Source: Corallochytrium limacisporum Hawaii (lineage: Eukaryota; Protista; Pluriformea). From it: a stretch of 64,000 nucleotides of DNA. The notes under the pieces were generated by a model. The model did no database searches. It saw only the letters and a program-made list of their open reading frames with translations, and was not told the DNA's origin. The stretch is taken from assembly GCA_002811645.1 (NCBI GenBank), contig PDIP01000032.1, positions 62,001 through 126,000 of the forward strand, written 5' to 3'. Both the position numbers and the translations under genes were made by a program. Shown here piece by piece: positions 43,415 through 54,822 of the stretch. Each line of letters starts with the position of its first letter. Position 1 is the first letter of the stretch.

Positions 43415-45601
43415 TCATTCATCAGCCAAAATCGCAAAATGATTCTTCGATGCATTCGTCGTCTGCTTCTTCCTTGATTTCGCCTGCGTTGACTGTGTCG
43501 AGGGTGCTTTTGATGATTCGTTCGATCCATACCACCGCTGACGCCGGCCCCTGCTTGCGCTTTGGAAGCCGCCAGCTGAGTTACCTTTGTTGTGATCGGA
43601 GGCTGCAGTACAGTCGTCCCATACCCGTCCCCCAAGGTGATCCACAAACAGGCTCCACAGTGCATTGTTCGAATTCGCTGCCTTCTGAGCCCGTTCTGCA
43701 CATTTTGAACAGCGATGGCGGCGGTCCCCACTCAGTGAATGGTACCCATACCCAAGAATCTGCTTCGGATGTAGGACCGACCTCAATGGGAGACCAAGAC
43801 TTTCCAGAAGTAGGTAGGTTGAAAGAAAGCAAGCTGTCAGTCGGCTGGCGTTGCGATGAGCATGCAGAGTCCGGTAGAATTGGCCACAGTCCCGCTGCTT
43901 TGGGACAATGCCTTTCCCAGCTGTTGCCTCGAGCACGTACCATAGCCCCGACAGGGGGAATTGGCCTGGTCTGGCCAAGTCGTGGTGACGCACATAGAAG
44001 ATCAATACGGCTGCCACCAATGCCCAGTCCCAGTCTCCCTTGGCCGCGTCGAGAAGGTGCTCTGCATCTTCCATCGGGGCAGGCTCCTCGGGATTTTGAG
44101 AAAGAAGTGTGCTCAGGGTCAATTTGAATGGAATGCTCTCATCGCGCTGCAACCTTCCATTCCGTAATTGGTCGACCATGTACACCCTGACACCATCTAG
44201 ATGTAGCGGCAGGGGCTCCAATGATACCTCTCCGACGCAGCGATTATCCTTGCGGACCACTTCCATGACATCCGGGTCATCAGAGTCGGGATCAGGTCGG
44301 GTCACCCCTACTGCAAATCTACGCAACATGCGTGACGCGTTGTAGCAGCTGGGAACGCGCAGATCTTCGTAGAAACAGTAGCAGAACAGCACACCGCTTG
44401 TGTAGAGACCTGCGCTGAGTTCGATTTCAGCATGATCGCAGCGGCGAGCTATCAATTCTTGCACTGAGCTGGCCTGTCCAGTGTCCGTGATTTGTCGCTT
44501 TAACTGCCCGGTGGGTCGATGATACGGTTCCAATTCGGCCCTATACTGTGCCATAGACTGCTGTACGAGCCCTAGCAGCTGTGGGTATTTCGTGAGGTGG
44601 TCCTGCAGTCTCCTGATGGACCCTTCAAGTGTTTTGCTCGGCAGTTCGCTGTTAATCAGTTCCGCGACAGCGGCGAAGCGCTGCCCGTGGTCAGTCGGAG
44701 GCCGTTTGCCGAGCCATAGGTGTTGAAGCTCTCGGTTCGAGATATAGTCGTTCCCGGCAAGAGTCGCAAACAGTAGTAGATGCTCTGGGGAGGGTAGCTT
44801 AAGATGCTTCGCAATCTGCTCCCGCCGGTACCGCATAGCATGCACCATGGGTCCATTGGATACCCGATCTGCCCACTTCCCGGAAATCTCTAAACTGTGT
44901 TCTCCCTTAACTGTAAACAGTGGCGGATTCGGCATGCTCACCATGGTCAACGGAAAGTAGCCACCGTCTGGGTCCTGTGGAAGAATAAAATAGTCGCTGT
45001 CGTTGCTCCAGATGGACGCTTTCCACGCCTGAGCCAGAGTTGCAACATATGCATCTGCTTCGCCATCAACAACAATCGACGTCCATACCCCAAGGTCATG
45101 CAATTGCCTGCGAAAGACTGTCATAGCCAGTGGAGGTAGCACCTTCCGACCTCCGAAACGATTATTGCGACTGTCCGGGCGCTCTGATTGCTGTTCATGT
45201 AGGGACTTCCAGATGTCCGACACGACATCTGCCTGTCGTTCCTTCTGAGTTCGATATTTGGCCCGGTCTGCGGGTCCGTCCATGATAACCCATGGCTTTA
45301 AGCCAAGGCCGACAAGAAGAAGGAAGAAGGCAGTGATCTCAATCGCGAATGCATTGTATCCACTGCCATACTGGTTGTCGATTGCTATCCGAGTCGTCGG
45401 GCTGTTGAAGTACAAGTGAAATACCAGACTCGGGCCATCGATCACAACAAACCTACCATTGTCGTCACCGTACTCTATTATAGGCTTCCCTTGGCCTAGT
45501 TTCTCAAGGGCCGTGGATACTCTGTCAAGGCTGATCGGCTGAACGTCTCGCTCACCAAGTCCACTATTGCGAACATACTTGAACAATCCTTTGACCCCCA
45601 T
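43415..45601 (-). CDS. Asteroid/FAM120-family PIN (XPG-like) nuclease-domain protein
   Basis: MGVKGL start, VVIDG, GY..F...I..FF, IMDG, GEADAY, SNDSDY and LAGNDY. Confidence 0.85.
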   Translation of the reverse strand: MGVKGLFKYVRNSGLGERDVQPISLDRVSTALEKLGQGKPIIEYGDDNGRFVVIDGPSLVFHLYFNSPTTRIAIDNQYGSGYNAFAIEITAFFLLLVGLGLKPWVIMDGPADRAKYRTQKERQADVVSDIWKSLHEQQSERPDSRNNRFGGRKVLPPLAMTVFRRQLHDLGVWTSIVVDGEADAYVATLAQAWKASIWSNDSDYFILPQDPDGGYFPLTMVSMPNPPLFTVKGEHSLEISGKWADRVSNGPMVHAMRYRREQIAKHLKLPSPEHLLLFATLAGNDYISNRELQHLWLGKRPPTDHGQRFAAVAELINSELPSKTLEGSIRRLQDHLTKYPQLLGLVQQSMAQYRAELEPYHRPTGQLKRQITDTGQASSVQELIARRCDHAEIELSAGLYTSGVLFCYCFYEDLRVPSCYNASRMLRRFAVGVTRPDPDSDDPDVMEVVRKDNRCVGEVSLEPLPLHLDGVRVYMVDQLRNGRLQRDESIPFKLTLSTLLSQNPEEPAPMEDAEHLLDAAKGDWDWALVAAVLIFYVRHHDLARPGQFPLSGLWYVLEATAGKGIVPKQRDCGQFYRTLHAHRNASRLTACFLSTYLLLESLGLPLRSVLHPKQILGYGYHSLSGDRRHRCSKCAERAQKAANSNNALWSLFVDHLGGRVWDDCTAASDHNKGNSAGGFQSASRGRRQRWYGSNESSKAPSTQSTQAKSRKKQTTNASKNHFAILADE

Positions 45602-45929
45602 CTCACGATGTTGCCATGTGTTCTCTATCACATTCTTGTCATTGTGTTCTCTATTACGTTCTATGCATAGGAGACCTGTTCCATGATCAACGTGGCTCAA
45701 GGTGTTTGTTCGAGACCAAATACCATTCTCCGACACTATTGTAATCAGCTTGCGGAGGATTCTCGGGCCCCGGCTCGTCAGGTGAGCTTCCCCCACCCCC
45801 CACCCCAAGGGCCCGGCTTTAGGAAGGGGAAGTCGATGGGGGCGGCGATTCTTTGCAAGGAGCGTAGTGGCTTGCACAATACAAGAACCCCAATAGTATG
45901 TTCATTTAATACATTCTGTTACACTAGAT

Positions 45930-47111
45930 TTACAAACGTCCCTGGGCACACCGAGCGCACAGTGCCGTATGGATCATGGCCCACAGTGAATGTTCCATGC
46001 GGCCGACCGCATCAATATCATCCGCAATGAGATCAAGCTCTTCCTGCTTCAGGGCTGTCTTACCCTTGCGATGGATCCTCAGGAAGGCACTGCTGATCTG
46101 AGTCCAAGCCAGTGTTATTTTCTGGCTTAAATCACACCATATCCTGGGGACCAAACCCCCGCCATATTCTTGGTGCAAGTCGTAGAGGAACAGTGTGTAC
46201 ATGGCCCGGAAACTACTGCCTCCAGTTCCGTACGCATCAATAACCCGACCACTGTAGTAGATGAAGCCCATGGCCGTTGGGATGTCATCCTTGAAATCTT
46301 TGAGGAATCTGGACCTATATATATCAGCGAGCTTGTGTATGCCTTTCACACCGTACGCAATCACATTCGGACTGCTGGGGTCTTCAAGTGGCTCCGGAAT
46401 AGGCGTCTGCTCCGTGGTGGGAGGTCGGTGCTGTGTCAGTGCAAAACAATCATCTAGATTGAGCATACGGCTCGCTGCTCTCAGTAAGGATCGCTGTAAA
46501 GCAGAGGTAGTCTCCTGACCCGCGTTCAGGTCTAGGTCATCGATCATTCCATACGCACCGTACCGATTCTTCTCCATTTGCCTTGATTCCCGCATCGCTT
46601 TGTAGGGAACTAATTCAAGCTGGCTGCGGTCCATCTCTGCTACGTGAAAGCACTGTTGGTCATCATCGTATCCGACAGCAATGAAACGGTGACCAGGGAA
46701 GAAGCGTTCTTTGTAGGGCAGGGGCAGGCAGTTGCCGCAGATAACGGGCGGAATGTTTGCGTGAATGAGTTGCTTGATCTCCAGTTCTGCTTTGTCATCA
46801 TCGTCCACAAGTCGCTCTCCGTAGCTAAGATTCAATGCTCCAGCGAAATCCTCTTCAAATCCCATGGACCTGCCGTTGAAGAAGAAATTTTTCATCTCCG
46901 GAAGGTACATGACACTGAAAGACACTCCAGAACCGAGACCCAAAACGCGATGCTCCATTAGCATTTCACCGGTGGCATGGTAGTGTGCATTCCGCAACGA
47001 TGTTGACCCGCAGTGTTTACCCTCCGGGCTCATGAAATCCTGGAGGAAGGCCTTCTTCGGCAGTGGTTTGTTCGCTGCACGAACTTGACGTGGTGTAATG
47101 CTGTCTATCAT
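45930..47111 (-). CDS. BtrH_N/DUF4872 C39-like (papain-fold) hydrolase
   Basis: GKHCGSTSLRN, E..VLGLGSG, LPY, FPGHRFIAVGYD and GTGGSSFRAMY..FL match the bacterial BtrH/DUF4872 architecture. Confidence 0.8.
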   Translation of the reverse strand: MIDSITPRQVRAANKPLPKKAFLQDFMSPEGKHCGSTSLRNAHYHATGEMLMEHRVLGLGSGVSFSVMYLPEMKNFFFNGRSMGFEEDFAGALNLSYGERLVDDDDKAELEIKQLIHANIPPVICGNCLPLPYKERFFPGHRFIAVGYDDDQQCFHVAEMDRSQLELVPYKAMRESRQMEKNRYGAYGMIDDLDLNAGQETTSALQRSLLRAASRMLNLDDCFALTQHRPPTTEQTPIPEPLEDPSSPNVIAYGVKGIHKLADIYRSRFLKDFKDDIPTAMGFIYYSGRVIDAYGTGGSSFRAMYTLFLYDLHQEYGGGLVPRIWCDLSQKITLAWTQISSAFLRIHRKGKTALKQEELDLIADDIDAVGRMEHSLWAMIHTALCARCAQGRL

Positions 47112-47739
47112 TTCGCTTCGAGTACTCCTTAACCAAACTTGCAAGATAACTGCTTATCCAAATTCAACGACGATACGGATTTCATGACTTATCCAACTAT
47201 GCCTAAGTAATGAATGCGTAACCGGGCTGAAATAGTCATCAGCGTTGCTGCCGGTCCTGCTTCAGGAAGAACCATACGCCCGCACCCATCTCCTAGTCAT
47301 GCACCCTGAAGGGGCCTAGGTATAATTCATAGAGTTTGATAGGCGATATTGTATGCGATGATCAATGGGATAGGTCGTGTCCTGGAAGAGTGGTCCGGTC
47401 CCATTCACAGCAATCTTTACAGCTTTGTCCACCGCAAGGAGGTCCTGGACAAGGTCCCCACTGCGCAGTACTTAATGTTCCATAGGTTTTGCGGCGAGAG
47501 TTAAAGGGCAAAATTTAGAACGGTAACAGCGGCTATTTATAGGCGACGCGGGCAGTGTTTTGCAGGGGCGTTGGACCTCCCTGCTATCAGCCCACCGAAA
47601 GTTCCCTAAACCACTATAAAATTGGCCCGAACGTCAAAAGGAGGCAGGCTAAGGGAGGGGGGCACCGTTCTGATCATTGCGATGGTGAGATGGATTAGTG
47701 TTTCCTTGTGTATTCCGGTTTGCGTTCTGTTGATTGTCT

Positions 47740-49413
47740 TCACTTGAAGTGCTTTGCGTAGATTGGATTATTGGTTTCCTCGAAATATTGATAGCCGATG
47801 CGAGTCAACTGGGCCTCGAAGCCTTCTGCGACATCTGGAGGGACCTGGATACCGACAAGTACCTGACCAACGTCACTGCCGTAATTTCGGTAGTGGAACA
47901 GGCTCACGTTGTAATCAGAGCTCAGATTCCCAAGGAAGTTCTTCAATGCGCCTGGCCGCTCGGGGAACTCGAAGCGGAATAGACGTTCGTGAAGAACTCT
48001 GTGCGAGTGGCCACCAACCATGTAGCGTGCATGCAATTTGGCCAGCTCGTTCCTGGTCACGTCCGCCGCAGTCATGTTGCTTTCCGCGTTGATGGCCCGA
48101 ACCACAGAGTCAAGGTCCTCCGAATCCTTGGCACTGAAACTCATCATGATGTTAGCGTTATCGTCATCCGAGTACCGGTAGCTAAATTCTGTTACGTTTC
48201 GAGGGAAGACCTTCGAGTAGAGCTTCATGAAAGCTCCAGGTCTCTCAGGAATATTGCAACTGAGAAGTACCTCGGACGTGTCCGACCGCTCTGCCACAAA
48301 GCGCAGTCTGTCAAAGTTCATGTTCGCACCCGAAGTAATGGCCACCAGGGTCTTGCCCTTGCATCCCGTCATGGCTGCGTATTTCTTTGCTCCCGCAACA
48401 CCCAATGCTCCAGCAGGCTCTACAATGCTTCGTGTATCATAAAATGTGTCCTTGATGGCAGCGCAGATCTCATCCGTGTTAACGAGGATCATGTCATCAA
48501 CCAGATGCTGGCAAACTTCAAACGTATACTCGCCCACAACCTTCACTGCCGCACCGTCTGCAAACAGTCCAACGTTCTCCAGCTCGACCCGTCGTCCGAG
48601 CTTCAGGCTCTGGTACATAGCATCCGCATCCATGGACTCAACACCGATAACCTTGATCTCCGGCCGCACAGCCTTCACATACGCAGCAATGCCAGCCAGC
48701 AGTCCACCGCCTCCAACACAACAGAGGATGGCCTCGACGTCGTCTCCGATGGTCTTGGCCACAATCTCGGCACCGATGGTGCCCTGACCGGCAATCACCA
48801 GTGGGTCATCATAGGGGTGAATCAGGGTCTGTCCCTCAGCTTCCATGATTCTCATGCACTCTGCCTTAGCTTCGTCAAAGTTGCTTCCGTGAAGCACTAC
48901 CCGTGCACCATGGCGCTGTACACCCATGACCTTAATGGTCGGTGTGGCAACCGGCATTACAATAGTTGCATCGATGCCCAAATGGGCCGCACTCATGGCG
49001 ACTCCTTGGGCATGGTTTCCAGCACTGCACGCAATCACACCGGCTTGCCGTTCCTCGGAAGTGAGATGAGCAATCTTATTGTGCGCACCACGTAGCTTGA
49101 AGCTGAAAACCGGTTGCATGTCCTCACGCTTGAGGTAAATGTTGTTCCCGCAAGCCTTGGACAGATTATGAGCATGGGTCAGAGGCGTGTTCATGCAAAT
49201 GTCGTATACCCGAGAGGTCAGAATCTTCTCCAGATAGCGATGTTGACGTACTCGTTCACTTAGAGGCAGTTTTGCCTCAACCTCGTCAATAGCGGCTGTC
49301 ACCTTTGATCGAACCTGCGATGCAAAGATGGGCGCCACACGGTTTCCGGCACGGCCGCACCGACCAACTTTAACGCTTGACCAGCCCAGGGTCCTGCCCA
49401 AGGTTGTTGCCAT
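47740..49413 (-). CDS. ILV1: Biosynthetic threonine dehydratase with a probable mitochondrial presequence
   Basis: LKREDMQPVFSFKLRGA, SAGNHAQG, VGGGGL, SGANMNFDRL and two ACT-like IPERPG/FPERPG domains; Arg-rich N-terminus. Confidence 0.96.
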   Translation of the reverse strand: MATTLGRTLGWSSVKVGRCGRAGNRVAPIFASQVRSKVTAAIDEVEAKLPLSERVRQHRYLEKILTSRVYDICMNTPLTHAHNLSKACGNNIYLKREDMQPVFSFKLRGAHNKIAHLTSEERQAGVIACSAGNHAQGVAMSAAHLGIDATIVMPVATPTIKVMGVQRHGARVVLHGSNFDEAKAECMRIMEAEGQTLIHPYDDPLVIAGQGTIGAEIVAKTIGDDVEAILCCVGGGGLLAGIAAYVKAVRPEIKVIGVESMDADAMYQSLKLGRRVELENVGLFADGAAVKVVGEYTFEVCQHLVDDMILVNTDEICAAIKDTFYDTRSIVEPAGALGVAGAKKYAAMTGCKGKTLVAITSGANMNFDRLRFVAERSDTSEVLLSCNIPERPGAFMKLYSKVFPRNVTEFSYRYSDDDNANIMMSFSAKDSEDLDSVVRAINAESNMTAADVTRNELAKLHARYMVGGHSHRVLHERLFRFEFPERPGALKNFLGNLSSDYNVSLFHYRNYGSDVGQVLVGIQVPPDVAEGFEAQLTRIGYQYFEETNNPIYAKHFK

Positions 49414-51920
49414 GGTTCTGTACTCTATGGTATCTAATTTGTCTGCTGGGCACTAATGGATGATCCTCAAACCATCACACGACACCCCAAAGCTCTGTTG
49501 GGAATGATGATGATGACTTCGAATGCCCGGGTGCTGACCATCCACACATCCTCTGACACTGAGTTGTGGTGTCTCAAACACCTTAACACGGTGCTTGCTT
49601 TCACTCCCCACGTTTTGCAGACCGGGTCTTGCAACTGCTAGCTACCAAATCCCTTTACATCGCTACTTCGTTGGCCCCAGCAGTAACTAAAGAGTGCTCT
49701 CTGATGTTCATGGGTGACAACGGCGCCACACAGTGGCACCCTCCCTCACCAGCCACCTTGCACAGCGCCGCTGCCGTGCTGTCGTTGCCCGTGGGTAGAG
49801 TATTAGGCGCAAGTGAAAGAGGGTAAACTGTAATACACTGCCGGTTAATTGCGAATGCATTGTTCGAATGCGCTGCATTTTGCTGCTGATGTGGCTCGGC
49901 CCGTGTGCACCAAAAACGTCATCCTCGGTCAGTCGTCCCGCAGTTTCTCCATTGTGACTGTATCATTTCGAGTCCCACACGGCCCACACAGAAGAAAAAA
50001 CATTGAAATCAAACCTCATTGAGCGGGAATTGAGTGGGGGAACGGGGGGCTTCGCGGACTCCTACTTTTCTTCTCCCTCCCGGGGAGCCCCACCCACCAG
50101 CCGGCGCGGCCGCCCCGCTGCGCCTCCCACCGAATCTCTAATGAGCGGCCTGGCGAAGGCCGGATTCACCGTAGCCTTGGTACTCGCGGCCTGCTCGCTG
50201 CGCGCGGCCCCTCCGCCTAAATTTGGACAGAAAGACAGGGGAGGGGTTGCCGAAACCACTGGAGGGACATCCAATACTGCGTACTCGAGCTTTTGCTGAC
50301 GATGCAACTAACACTGAACTGTTACTTTTTATGTTAAACTCTGGCACGTGTGGCTCAGCTCTGCCAGTGGAGCGCCCGTGATGGAAAAAACCAAGGAAGT
50401 TAGTGCCGCAGTCGCAGACCAAGACGGAAAAAATTGGTGGTTATCAACCATGGAGATCGTCCTACAGCTTATCCTTAGGCTTCCTAGCGGGCACTTAAGT
50501 TGCTTTATCGCCATCTGTGCTATCGAGCATGGTGGGACATGGTCATTCAATATAAGAACCCGGTGACTTTGGTCAATGATTCGCGAGCGCCAATCCCTAT
50601 GATAGTGAGCACTGTGAGAATTTCCCAAGCGGGGCGGGATCCCTGGATAGGTGCAACACTTGGGCGCGGCGCCAATTCTTTGGTGCGCCGATGATGGTGG
50701 ACCGATACTCGCAGCGGAAGAGTAACTAGGAGTTCACGATGGTAAAGCTTGGCTGCATGATGTCCCCCCGTTTTGAAGAAACTATGACCTCTAAAGGCTT
50801 CCTTTGCAAAGCGTTGGGACCCAACGTAGGCAAGAGTGTACGAGAGACACAAAGATCAATTCAGACAGGGGGGGCGGACAGGGAGTGTGTATAAAAGTAG
50901 GGGTTCAGTTTGGTCAATACATTTTTTTATTAAACATGGGCAGAAAAAAATACGTTAGTTCCAAACTCCGGAGGGGAGTGCTGCATCAGTCGCCAGGGCT
51001 GGCGCGGTGTGGAATGTTCGCCCTTCGAATGTACAGCGGCACATGAGCCACGGCACCTGTCTGACCTATTTCAATTTCCTATACATCCACGTGGAGGATA
51101 CAAAAGGGGTTGTATTTCAGGCGCGAAAAATTGAAGTTCATTCACTATGGAAGCCATTCGTCACCCATCAGCCAGTCAAGCAGTGATTCCCTCTTGCTCC
51201 CCGCTGTGCACATGAGCTTGAGGAAAGGAAGTGATGCGGAATCGAAAGTTCCTGGATACCGGTCGGGCCAAGTGGAGTTGTGCACGGATCTCTACCCAAT
51301 ACGCTACTGGGGGACATTGGGGTCATTTGTCTTCTTCACCAGCACCTTCTTGCCGTGCCACCCAACCCGTGCGTGGCGTCGAGCGGGCAGTAATATCCCT
51401 CCGGTTGACCCTAGAGAATATAGATTTCACCCTTAGAACGGGGCTTAAATTGGGTGTGTATGGGCTGACAGATGGGCGGGGGGTTTGGTTGGTGGTGAGG
51501 TCCTCTGACTTCTCGCTTGGTCCGCGGCGGTCAAGTCTCTATCTATCGGTCAGGCGGGCGAGGGTGCCACCGCCTTTCTCCCGTGGGAGAGCTAGGATCT
51601 TTGGGGTGGGGGAGGCAGAAGCGACTCTTTGTGCCAACTCCGTGGCAGTTATAGGGTGTCGGAACCCATCTGGATTCGAGTGCGCTGATGCTCAGTTGCC
51701 CAGGCTAGCGTTTGGTGTCTCATGTATCGGATTTGGACGGTCCATGAATGACTCGTCGGCGTGCGTACCATGTATCAGGGTATTCAGGTATCAGGACAAT
51801 CCTAGTTCTGACGAGGTGGCACAACTCAACCGCAAAAGGTAAGGTCAGGTCAAGCGACGGGAATAGTGACGATGGCATCTTTCTAGTATCATTATCAAAA
51901 CAGATACAAACATAGCAACC

Positions 51921-54299
51921 ATGGACACGGAACAGCGCCCGCAGTCCGTGCGGTGCCTGATCATAGATAATTACGACTCGTTCACCTACAACATTTTTCA
52001 GTACTTGGCATCTATGAAAGAATGCGACACACCGCTGGTAGTGCACAACAATCAATATAGCTTCACGGGCGTGAAAGGAATCATCGATAAGTACAGCATC
52101 AATGCCGTCATTGTAGGACCAGGTCCGGGCAGTCCGAAGGTCGCGGGCGACGTAGGAGTGAGCTCAGAAGTCATTGAATTCTGTGAGCAGCGTGAGATAC
52201 CCCTTCTGGGCATATGCCTGGGACACCAACTAATGGCTTACTTGCACGGAGGCGATGTAGTGCGGGCTCCCACGGTCATGCACGGTCGGCTGAGTCACCT
52301 GAAAGATGGCGTAGAATGTCAGGATCAGTACACAGGTAAGCACCAGAACTTGTTTGATGACACCAAATTGTTCAATGGAGCTCTCAAGGTTGTTCGGTAC
52401 CACTCCCTACATGTACCCAAGAAGTCCTTGCCCGACTGTTACCACATAACTGCCGTCACAGACGATGCAGAGGAGATCATTATGGGTATGCAGCATCGCA
52501 CCTTACCGCATTATGGCATGCAATTTCACCCCGAGTCTATTTCTACCAACGCAGGCTTCCAGCTCCTGCGCAACTTTGTGCGCGCGGCGCAGGCAACATT
52601 TACAGGAGATAGTACAGAAGCCTCACCAATTCGGAAGTCCGGGGCGGAGACCTTAACCTCAGAATCGATCACATCGGCCAGTTTAACCACCGAAGAGACT
52701 CCGTCAGTGCTTAGTGATGGAGCAAACGGAGAAGATGGTCCTATAGTTGCCATGCAAAGAGATTTAGACCCGGCGTTGGTGGACCGTCTGATGCGGAACC
52801 CTTGCGATTTCTACGAAACCGCTTTTGGACCCACCGAATTCTCGTTTTGGCTCGACTCTGCGAGAGTTGAAGAAGGATTGAGTCGGTACTCGTTCATGGG
52901 CTATGGCAGCAAGTTTGAATACCATAACGATGGCCGGCTGATACACAGTATATGCAAGGAGGATGGTTGCCTGGACAAAGTCCAGCGCCGTGACGCGGAG
53001 ATCAAGAATGAGAAGGACTCCTTCCGTCGCTGGCTTGATGCATACATGCAGGACCATCAAGTACACCCTTGGCGCCAGGGTCCGAATGCGCTGACCGTTC
53101 CCTTTGCAACTGGTCTTGTGGGCTACTTTGGCTACAACTTGAACATGGAAAAGAAGGTCGACGACGATTGTGACACAGCGGACGTTCCTGACGCAGCCTT
53201 TATCGAGTGTCTGGCAGCAATTGCTTTTGACCATCTCGAACATTCAGCTTGCGTCGTGTTCCTTAACACTAGCAAGGGCCGCAAGGTTGCTGATGAACTC
53301 ATGAACAAGATTACAGGTTACAGCAGTGGCCAACGTCAGCAATCCAAGAGATCTAGTGGGAACGGTCTCCAGCACAAGTCCTCCGAGCCATTGTTCCGTG
53401 TGCACAAGAATCGCAATACTTACGTTGCCGCTATCAAGAAAGCGCAGGAGCTAATCGAGGCTGGCGAGACCTACGAGGTCTGCCTAACCACACAGATCGA
53501 TTCCAGCGCTCAGCCAGATCCCTTTGTTCTCTACGGAGAGCTGCGTACTCGGAATCCGGCGCCTTATGGTGCTTTCTTCCGCATGGGACCTAAGCTCAAC
53601 ATCCTCAGCTCCTCACCGGAACGCTTCCTTCGCATCGATGCACAACGCACTGCAGAATCGAAACCTATCAAAGGCACCGTTGCGCGAAGTGATGATCCGG
53701 TCATCGATGAGTACCGTAGGAACGCCCTGGGCAAGAATGACAAGGATTTCAGCGAAAATCTCATGATTGTAGACCTCCTCCGAAATGATTTGGGCCGTGT
53801 CTGTGAACACGGCTCGGTAGAGGTCACCAAGCTCATGAATGTGGAGAGCTACGCTACGGTCCACCAGTTGGTGAGCACCATTCGTGGCCATCTCGCCCGT
53901 GATCAGTCTCAGATTGATTGCATCAAGGCCTGCCACCCCCCTGGATCCATGACTGGTGCACCTAAGGTGCGCACCATGACAATCTTGGAGGAACTGGAAG
54001 GCGAGCCCCGCGGCATCTACAGCGGGACCATGGGCTTCTTGTCCTTCGACGGTTCCGTAGATCTTGCCGTGGTTATCCGTACCATTGTATTGCACCCTGA
54101 GGGTCTTTCTATCGGTGCTGGTGGTGCCATTGTTGCCCTGAGTGATCCCGAAGATGAATGGGATGAGATGCTGCTCAAGGCACGGGCACCGATGCTCTGT
54201 ATTGCGCGTGCTCTGGAAATGAACGATGTGGCCGACCCGACCAAGGAACTCCTGGTCACGACTGCAGGGCGCGGTGCGCGTACTATGTCTCAGAGCTAA
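51921..54299 (+). CDS. ABZ1: Aminodeoxychorismate synthase (fused PabA-PabB)
   Basis: IDNYDSFTYN, GPGPG, GICLGHQ, QFHPES, YEVCLT, SPERF, KPIKGT, ENLMIVDLLRND and PPGSMTGAPK. Confidence 0.95.
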   Translation: MDTEQRPQSVRCLIIDNYDSFTYNIFQYLASMKECDTPLVVHNNQYSFTGVKGIIDKYSINAVIVGPGPGSPKVAGDVGVSSEVIEFCEQREIPLLGICLGHQLMAYLHGGDVVRAPTVMHGRLSHLKDGVECQDQYTGKHQNLFDDTKLFNGALKVVRYHSLHVPKKSLPDCYHITAVTDDAEEIIMGMQHRTLPHYGMQFHPESISTNAGFQLLRNFVRAAQATFTGDSTEASPIRKSGAETLTSESITSASLTTEETPSVLSDGANGEDGPIVAMQRDLDPALVDRLMRNPCDFYETAFGPTEFSFWLDSARVEEGLSRYSFMGYGSKFEYHNDGRLIHSICKEDGCLDKVQRRDAEIKNEKDSFRRWLDAYMQDHQVHPWRQGPNALTVPFATGLVGYFGYNLNMEKKVDDDCDTADVPDAAFIECLAAIAFDHLEHSACVVFLNTSKGRKVADELMNKITGYSSGQRQQSKRSSGNGLQHKSSEPLFRVHKNRNTYVAAIKKAQELIEAGETYEVCLTTQIDSSAQPDPFVLYGELRTRNPAPYGAFFRMGPKLNILSSSPERFLRIDAQRTAESKPIKGTVARSDDPVIDEYRRNALGKNDKDFSENLMIVDLLRNDLGRVCEHGSVEVTKLMNVESYATVHQLVSTIRGHLARDQSQIDCIKACHPPGSMTGAPKVRTMTILEELEGEPRGIYSGTMGFLSFDGSVDLAVVIRTIVLHPEGLSIGAGGAIVALSDPEDEWDEMLLKARAPMLCIARALEMNDVADPTKELLVTTAGRGARTMSQS

Positions 54300-54822
54300 G
54301 ATTGGTTGAAACATGACTGATATTTAAAGAAAAATTCGACATATCCATACCTAACATGCATTGTCATGTCCATAATAGATCCATACATCCCCATACCAAC
54401 TTCCGGGTTACATCACCAACACAACACCACTGTTCCTATTCTATACTGAAAGTACTCTCCCCCGCTGTGCTTGCCGGTGCGACAAATTCTCTTCTCAGGC
54501 TGCCAGCTCAGCGCTTGAAGGGTGGAGAAAATCTGGTGCCTCGCCCGGCAATGGGAGTTGCAGGGGAGGGGTGGGTGTGAGGAGACGGGGGGGAATTCGG
54601 TTGTGCCAGGGAATTTCGAACGAGCTGCTATTTCACAGCGTGACAAGAGGAAAAACAAGGCTCCAAATTGTTGGTACTGTCCCTGTTAACCACAAAGGGT
54701 GAACACTCCATGATTTGACACCTTCTTTAGTGAACGGGTTTTGTACAGATATCACACTTGCGTTGAGAAGAAAACAGGGAGAGGACGCTTTTTAGAATAG
54801 TATTGAGTATAGAACACTCAAG

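Noticed and set aside
49504-49561. ATGATGA...CTGA...CTGA upstream of ILV1
   Set aside because: The box C is part of an (ATG)n microrepeat, and no recognisable guide sequence is present.
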